Source: Octopus vulgaris (Eukaryota). Taken from it: a DNA stretch of 64,000 nt. Positions 57,382 to 64,000 of the stretch are shown here, one piece after another. The DNA lies in NCBI GenBank assembly GCA_951406725.2, contig OX597843.1, positions 8,990,001-9,054,000 of the forward strand, in the 5' to 3' direction. Every line of letters starts with the position of its first letter. Position 1 is the stretch's first letter. The notes under the pieces are model-generated. The model was not told the origin of the DNA. It was given only the letters and a program-made list of their open reading frames with translations, and made no database searches. The translations under genes and the position numbers were made by a program.

Positions 57382-59892
57382 CATGTAGTAATCCATGCAT
57401 AAATGTTGAAACGCATGGTACTAAAATACATATATGCAGTTATATATAACCGTGCGAGCGTACATTGTTTGATACGTATGTACATATGTGTAGATGTATA
57501 TGTGTGTACACGTGTCTGTGTATGTGTGTGCCGTATGTTGTGTATATTTGTGTATAAATATGTACATGCATGCACATATGAGCATGTGTAAATATACATA
57601 TGTATTATATATGTATGCATACTCTTTACTCTTTTACTTGTTTCAATCATTTGACTGCGGCCATGCTGGAGCACCGCCTTTAGTCGAGTAAATCGACCCC
57701 GGGACTTATTCTTTGTAAGCCCAGTACTTATTCTATTGGTCTCTTTTGCCGAACCGCTAAGTGACGGGGACGTAAACACATCAGCATCGGTTGTCAAGCA
57801 ATGCTAGGGGGACAAACACAGACACACACACATACATACATATATACATATATACGACAGGATTCTTTCAGTTTCCGTCTACCAAATCCACTCACAAGGC
57901 ATTGGTCGGCCCGGGGCTATAGCAGAATACACTTGCCCAAGATGCCACGCAGTGGGACTGAACCCGGAACCATGTGGTTGGTTAGCAAGCTACTTACCAC
58001 ACAGCCACTCCTGCGCATGTAAAATATATTAAAAAAAAAACAATAAAATAAAACAAGTTTGAATTTTAACCATTGTCCTTGGAAAAATTGTCATATATAT
58101 GTATAGAAAGAGCCATATACATCGATGACATAGTTTTCCGATCGGTCACGGTTGGAACGTCTCTCCGATCACCCATAATCCACCTACTGGTTCAGTAAAG
58201 ACTGTAGAAGTAGGGGTTTTAAACATGATCGACAACGCGGATTTCAGCAAAAACCACGCACCATAAGGAAACAAACTAAAACCGTGTTGTTTACAATGTT
58301 TATATGTATTTAAATGTGTAATATACTGACCTTTTCATTGTCCAAGGTGGAGGTAAGGGACTGGCCTAAGGCTTCATTCAGTGTGGGGGTGATCGTAAGT
58401 CCACGACAGGGTGACCATTTGGACACACGAGCGGAAGAGATAGCAACATAATAATCCTTGTAGTGAGTTTGATAATGGCTTTTAAACATTGCACTAAGAG
58501 CTGCTGCTGATGGTGGTGGTAGTAAAAGGTAAAAAGTGCGTCGTGGTGAGAGGAAGTCACTCTGTACTGATGGTGGTGACGGTGTTGTGGTGTGGTGAGA
58601 GATAATGTCGTGATAGAACACTCTGTACCGATGAGGGTGGTGATGGTGACTGTTGTGGTTGTGGTGAAAGTTACTCAGAACTGATGTGGGGGTGGCGGGA
58701 GATACCGGTGTACCGATGATGGTGATAGTGGTGGGGAGAAGTTACTCTACTGATGGGGTGGTGATAGCGACTGTATAATGATGGTGGGAGTGGTGGTGAG
58801 CGGTTACAGTGTACGAATGATAGTGGTGGTGGTAGAGAGAGAGAGAGAGAGAGAGAGAGATAGGTAGACTGTAGTAGTAGTAGGAGGAACACAAACGCAC
58901 ACACTCGAACACATAGAAATAAATACATTCACTCACACACAAACGTATGCGCACACAGTACCTGGATCTGTAAAACAGATCAAAAATAAAATACAAGAGA
59001 TCGTAAGATCATTTCCAGTTTTCCACACGCACATATCAACACTTGTCAATGAATGTAGTGCACCAAATTACCAAACTCCCAACAGGTCAGGGGTCACTTC
59101 AACGTATCCTGATTGATATTGCTATCTGACCTATTTCCAACACAGAAATGAAAACACTCACTCACACACACGCACAAACACAGAAATGAAAACACACAGT
59201 TACACACTCACAAACGCACAAACTCGAACACATAGAAATAATTACATTCACTCACACACACGCACGGAAATGAAAATAATCACACATACTCACACACAGA
59301 AATGAAAACACAGTTACAAACTCACACACCTAGCAATGAAAACACACATGTACACACTCACTCATTCACACACACACACACACACTCAGGCACAAACATT
59401 GAACCGGAAACACTCTGTCACACAGGTGCGCGCAAACACAGACACAGAAATTAAAGCACACACACACACATATTGGCTTACAAACACACTCATTTAATTT
59501 CTTCAGAATGTCAAAGTTTTAAAGTCAACATATTTAAAGCATAAATACCTACAAGTGTGCATCTTTGCATGTATCTATGTGTGTGTGTGTTCGGACGTAT
59601 GTGTGTTTGTGCGTGTTTGAGCACAGTCCACACATACGCTGCCGTAACGTAACGGTTAGAATGAGTACTAGCATTCCACAGAATAAGTCCTAGAGTACGT
59701 TTTGTTTGACTAAAGACGGTGCGCGGGCATAAATATATATATATATGAATACATAATAATAATAATGGCCGTCCACTCGTGACCGAGGAAAACCATTGCC
59801 GACCTTCATGAACATTGTGCGCTCTAGGACTAACTTATATTTTGCATTTGCGGCTCCGTTGGTGGCTAATGAGCCCTGCTCTTGACAAGCAT
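57348..59892. repeat. Tandem segmental duplication, copy 1
   Basis: Near-identical to 61651-63844 apart from the SINE and microsatellite lengths. Confidence 0.95.
57621..58016 (-). mobile_element. Full-length young SINE family B, present only in duplication copy 1
   Basis: Complete head and tail; the empty site atgcat|gtaaaa is at ~61909-61920 in copy 2. Confidence 0.9.
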
Positions 59893-61650
59893 TCACCATT
59901 GTTCGTGTGGATCGCACAGACCGAAATAAGGGAGGGACAGCCATCTTTATCCATGACTCCTTTTCACTTGATGCCAAAGACATATTTTCCAATGGCTATT
60001 GTGAATCTGTATCACTATTCAGCAAGGCCAAGGACATAATCATTGTTGGTCTTTACAGGCCTCCCCAAGCACCTCTAAAGTGCTTTGAAGAGTGCCTTAG
60101 TAAAGTCAAGTCCTTCATTCGGAAGTACAACTCCGGAAACATACTAGTGATGGGTGATTTTAACCTTCCTTATGTGTACTGGCCCACAAATACTCTGAAG
60201 TTAGGCAAATGCTCTACATCAGATAGAGCAGCAGCAGAACTGCTCTTTAATCGCATGGATGAATACTTGCTGACTCAGCTAGTGCTCGAACCAACGAGAC
60301 AGAATAAAACGATCTTGGATCTGGTATTGACCAATCACTCTAGCTTCGTTCACAGTATTTCAGTTGAAAAAACTATCCTCTCAGACCACGACATGATACT
60401 CTGCAATTTCAATTCCCGACATATAAAAACCAAACCAGCCAATACCACTCCATGGCACTCATTTGACAACATAAACTTCCACAAAGCGGACTGGGGAGCA
60501 ACCAGAAAGGATCTGTCTTGCATCGACTTGTCTTTCACTCTCAATTCCATCCATACTGAGACCGCATGGCAGCACTTTGAAAACATTGTCACCTATACAT
60601 GCGCTAAACACGCTCCCATGAAATCTACTAACACAAACAGAAACCGGCTCCCTAAAAAGAAAAAAACACTCATCAGGCGCATCAAAAGACTCAACAAACA
60701 AAATCAACCAATTAAAATATTCCCACATACAACATCCAAATTCAACAACAATGAAAAGGCTAGAGCTGGAAAAACTTCATCTACAGAACGACATGAAAAC
60801 CTCCATTGAAAATCAAAGAGCTGTGGAGGAACAGTGGGTAATCAAAAACATCAAACAGAACCCAAAAGTGTTCTATTCTTATGCAAATAAGCATAGAACC
60901 ACTGTCTCACCCATTGGGCCATTGATTGATGAAAACGGCATTCCCCAACACGATGCTAAAGAAATGGCAGAAATACTGCAGAAACAATATTGCTCTGTCT
61001 GATATTGACGCAAGAGAAGCGAACGAAGTTGACCCTCAACATAAAATCTCAGACATAACCTTCACTGCCACTGACATCACAGCAGCAATAAATGAGATCA
61101 AATACTACTCTGCTGTAGGCCCTGATAGATTCCCCGCTAGTCTCCTGAAGGAATGTAGACACCAACTTGCAGTCCCTCTGACCAACCTCTGGAGAAATTC
61201 GTTAGACGCAGGTTATATACCAAAACAGTTTCTATCCCAGCCGGTCATCCCGGTTTTCAAACAGGGAAACAGATCCCTCGCACTCAACTATCGCCCAATC
61301 TCACTCACCTCCCACATCATCAAAGTGTTTGAAAGAGTGTTAAGATCAAGGATGGCTCACTTCCTGGAGACCCAGAAACTCCTAAATGCAAATCAGCATG
61401 GCTTTCGCTGTGGCAGGGACTGTCTAACACAGCTCTTACACCACATTGAAGATGTACTCAAAGCCTTGGGAACAGGTTCGAACTCTGATGTCATATATCT
61501 TGACTTCAGTAAAGCGTTCGACAGGGTAGACCATAATATCCTACTCTCAAAATTGGCAAATGTTGGAATCCGTGGAAAAGTTCTACACTAGATCAAGTAT
61601 TTCCTGGCGAATATAACACAACATGTGGTAGTTGATGGAGTCCACTCAAG
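59893..61650 (+). pseudogene. CR1/L2-group LINE ORF2 fragment (AP endonuclease plus RT N-terminus)
   Basis: DR...KGGTAIFI, LYRPP, MGDFNLP, EPTR, ILDLVLTN, SDHD; then NYRPISLTS, QHGFR, DFSKAFD; frameshifts; same family as 35505-36358. Confidence 0.93.
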
Positions 61651-63624
61651 TCTCTCTCTCTCTCTCTCTCATTTACATGTAGTAATCCATGCATAAATGT
61701 TGAAACGCATGGTACTAAAATACATATATGCAGTTATATATAACCGTGCGAGCGTACATTGTTTGATATGTATGTACGTATGTGTAGATGTATATGTGTG
61801 TATACGTGTCTGGGTATGTGTGTGCCGTATGTTGTGTATATTTGTGTATAAATATGTACATGCATGCACATATGAGCATGTGTAAATATACATATGTATT
61901 ATATATGTATGCATGTAAAATATATTTTAAAAAAATAATAAAATAAAACAAGTTTGAATTTTAACCATTGTCCTTGGAAAAATTGTCATATATATGTATA
62001 GAAAGAGCCATATACATCGATGACATAGTTTTCCGATCGGTCACGGTTGGAACGTCTCTCCGATCACCCATAATCCACCTACTGGTTCAGTAAAGACTGT
62101 AGAAGTAGGGGTTTTAAACATGATCGACAACGCGGATTTCAGCAAAAACCACGCACCATAAGGAAACAAACTAAAACCGTGTTGTTTACAATGTTTATAT
62201 GTATTTAAATGTGTAATATACTGACCTTTTCATTGTCCAAGGTGGAGGTAAGGGACTGGCCTAAGGCTTCATTCAGTGTGGGGGTGATCGTAAGTCCACG
62301 ACAGGGTGACCATTTGGACACACGAGCGGAAGAGATAGCAACATAATAATCCTTGTAGTGAGTTTGATAATGGCTTTTAAACATTGCACTAAGAGCTGCT
62401 GCTGATGGTGGTGGTAGTAAAAGGTAAAAAGTGCGTCGTGGTGAGATGAAGTCACTCTGTACTGATGGTGGTGACGGTGTTGTGGTGTGGTGAGAGATAA
62501 TGTCGTGATAGAACACTCTGTACCGATGAGAGTGGTGATGGTGACTGTTGTGGTTGTGGTGAAAGTTACTCAGAACTGATGTGGGGCTGGCGGGAGATAC
62601 CGGTGTACCGATGATGGTGATAGTGGTGGGGAGAAGTTACTCTACTGATGGGGTGGTGATAGCGACTGTATAATGATGGTGGGAGTGGTGGTGAGCGGTT
62701 ACAGTGTACGAATGATAGTGGTGGTGGTAGAGAGAGAGAGAGAAAGAGAGGTAGACTGTAGTAGTAGTAGGAGGAACACAAACGCACACACTCGAACACA
62801 TAGAAATAAATACATTCACTCACACACAAACGTATGCGCACACAGTACCTGGATCTGTAAAACAGATCAAAGATAAAATACAAGAGATCGTAAGATCATT
62901 TCCAGTTTTCCACACGCACATATCAACACTTGTCAATGAACGTAGTGCACCAAATTACCAAACTCCCAACAGGTCAGGGGTCACTTCAACGTATCCTGAT
63001 TGATATTGCTATCTGACCTATTTCCAACACAGAAATGAAAACACTCACTCACACACACGCACAAACACAGAAATGAAAACACACAGTTACACACTCACAA
63101 ACGCACAAACTCGAACACATAGAAATAATTACATTCACTCACACACACGCACGGAAATGAAAATAATCACACATACTCACACACAGAAATGAAAACACAG
63201 TTACAAACTCACACACCTAGCAATGAAAACACACATGTACACACTCACTCATTCACACACACACACACACACACTCAGGCACAAACATTGAACCGGAAAC
63301 ACTCTGTCACACAGGTGCGCGCAAACACAGACACAGAAATTAAAGCACACACACACACATATTGGCTTACAAACACACTCATTTAATTTCTTCAGAATGT
63401 CAAAGTTTTAAAGTCAACATATTTAAAGCATAAATACCTACAAGTGTGCATCTTTGCATGTATCTATGTGTGTGTGTGTTCGGACGTATGTGTGTTTGTG
63501 CGTGTTTGAGCACAGTCCACACATACGCTGCCGTAACGTAACGGTTAGAATGAGTACTAGCATTCCAAAGAATAAGTCCTAGAGTACGTTTTGTTTGACT
63601 AAAGACGGTGCGCGGGCATACATA

Positions 63625-63703
<79 letters not shown>

Positions 63704-63844
63704 AATACATAATAATAATGGCCTCCACTCATGACCGAGGAAGACCATTGCCGACCTTCAGGAACATTGTGCGCTCTAGGACTAACTTATATTTTGCATT
63801 TGCGGCTCCGTTGGTGGCTAATGAGCCCTGCTCTTGACAAGCAT
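61651..63844. repeat. Tandem segmental duplication, copy 2
   Basis: Near-identical to 57348-59892. Confidence 0.95.
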
Positions 63845-64000
63845 ACACGACTGCAAACATTGCAGACCAAGCTTTCCCCATTCACTATACGAGCCGTGTG
63901 CTTTCGCGCAGCTCGCTTAAGTTCTTCATGCTGGATACGTGCTCTCTCAAAAGTGTCCTCCATCTGTGGCGATGACAGGTATTGCTCTCCCAGTCAGTGT
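63708..64000 (-). pseudogene. 3' end of an RTE-type LINE with C-terminal zinc finger and (TTA)n tail
   Basis: Minus translation DWESNTCHRHRWRTLL...LVCNVCSRVCLSRAGLISHQRSRKCKI*; truncated duplicate at ~59755-59892. Confidence 0.75.

Overview
Repeat-dominated eukaryotic DNA, most likely from an octopus or other cephalopod assembly (inferred from the dense microsatellites and the tRNA-derived SINE families). No intact long gene is present, and almost all ORFs in the track are translations of simple repeats. Positions 1-22137 hold microsatellites, SINEs, mariner and Helitron-like relics, and a hammerhead-ribozyme-like motif. A 100-N gap follows. Right of the gap the sequence reads like a chromosome end: about 12 kb of near-pure (CCTGG)n grades through CCCTGG into degenerate (CCCTAA)n. 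After that come a partly inverted ~110-bp telomere-associated repeat, a 6-kb 15-mer satellite with a CCCTGA/CCCTAA core between duplicated flanks, and decayed CR1-like, RTE, Penelope, Gypsy and Tc1 elements. The right end has a candidate micro-exon gene on the minus strand and a young tandem duplication with a LINE fragment at its junction. The (CCTGG)n tract sits where the distal telomere should be. It is most likely a nanopore miscall of (CCCTAA)n plus an internal scaffolding join, but a real non-canonical telomere repeat cannot be excluded from the sequence alone.
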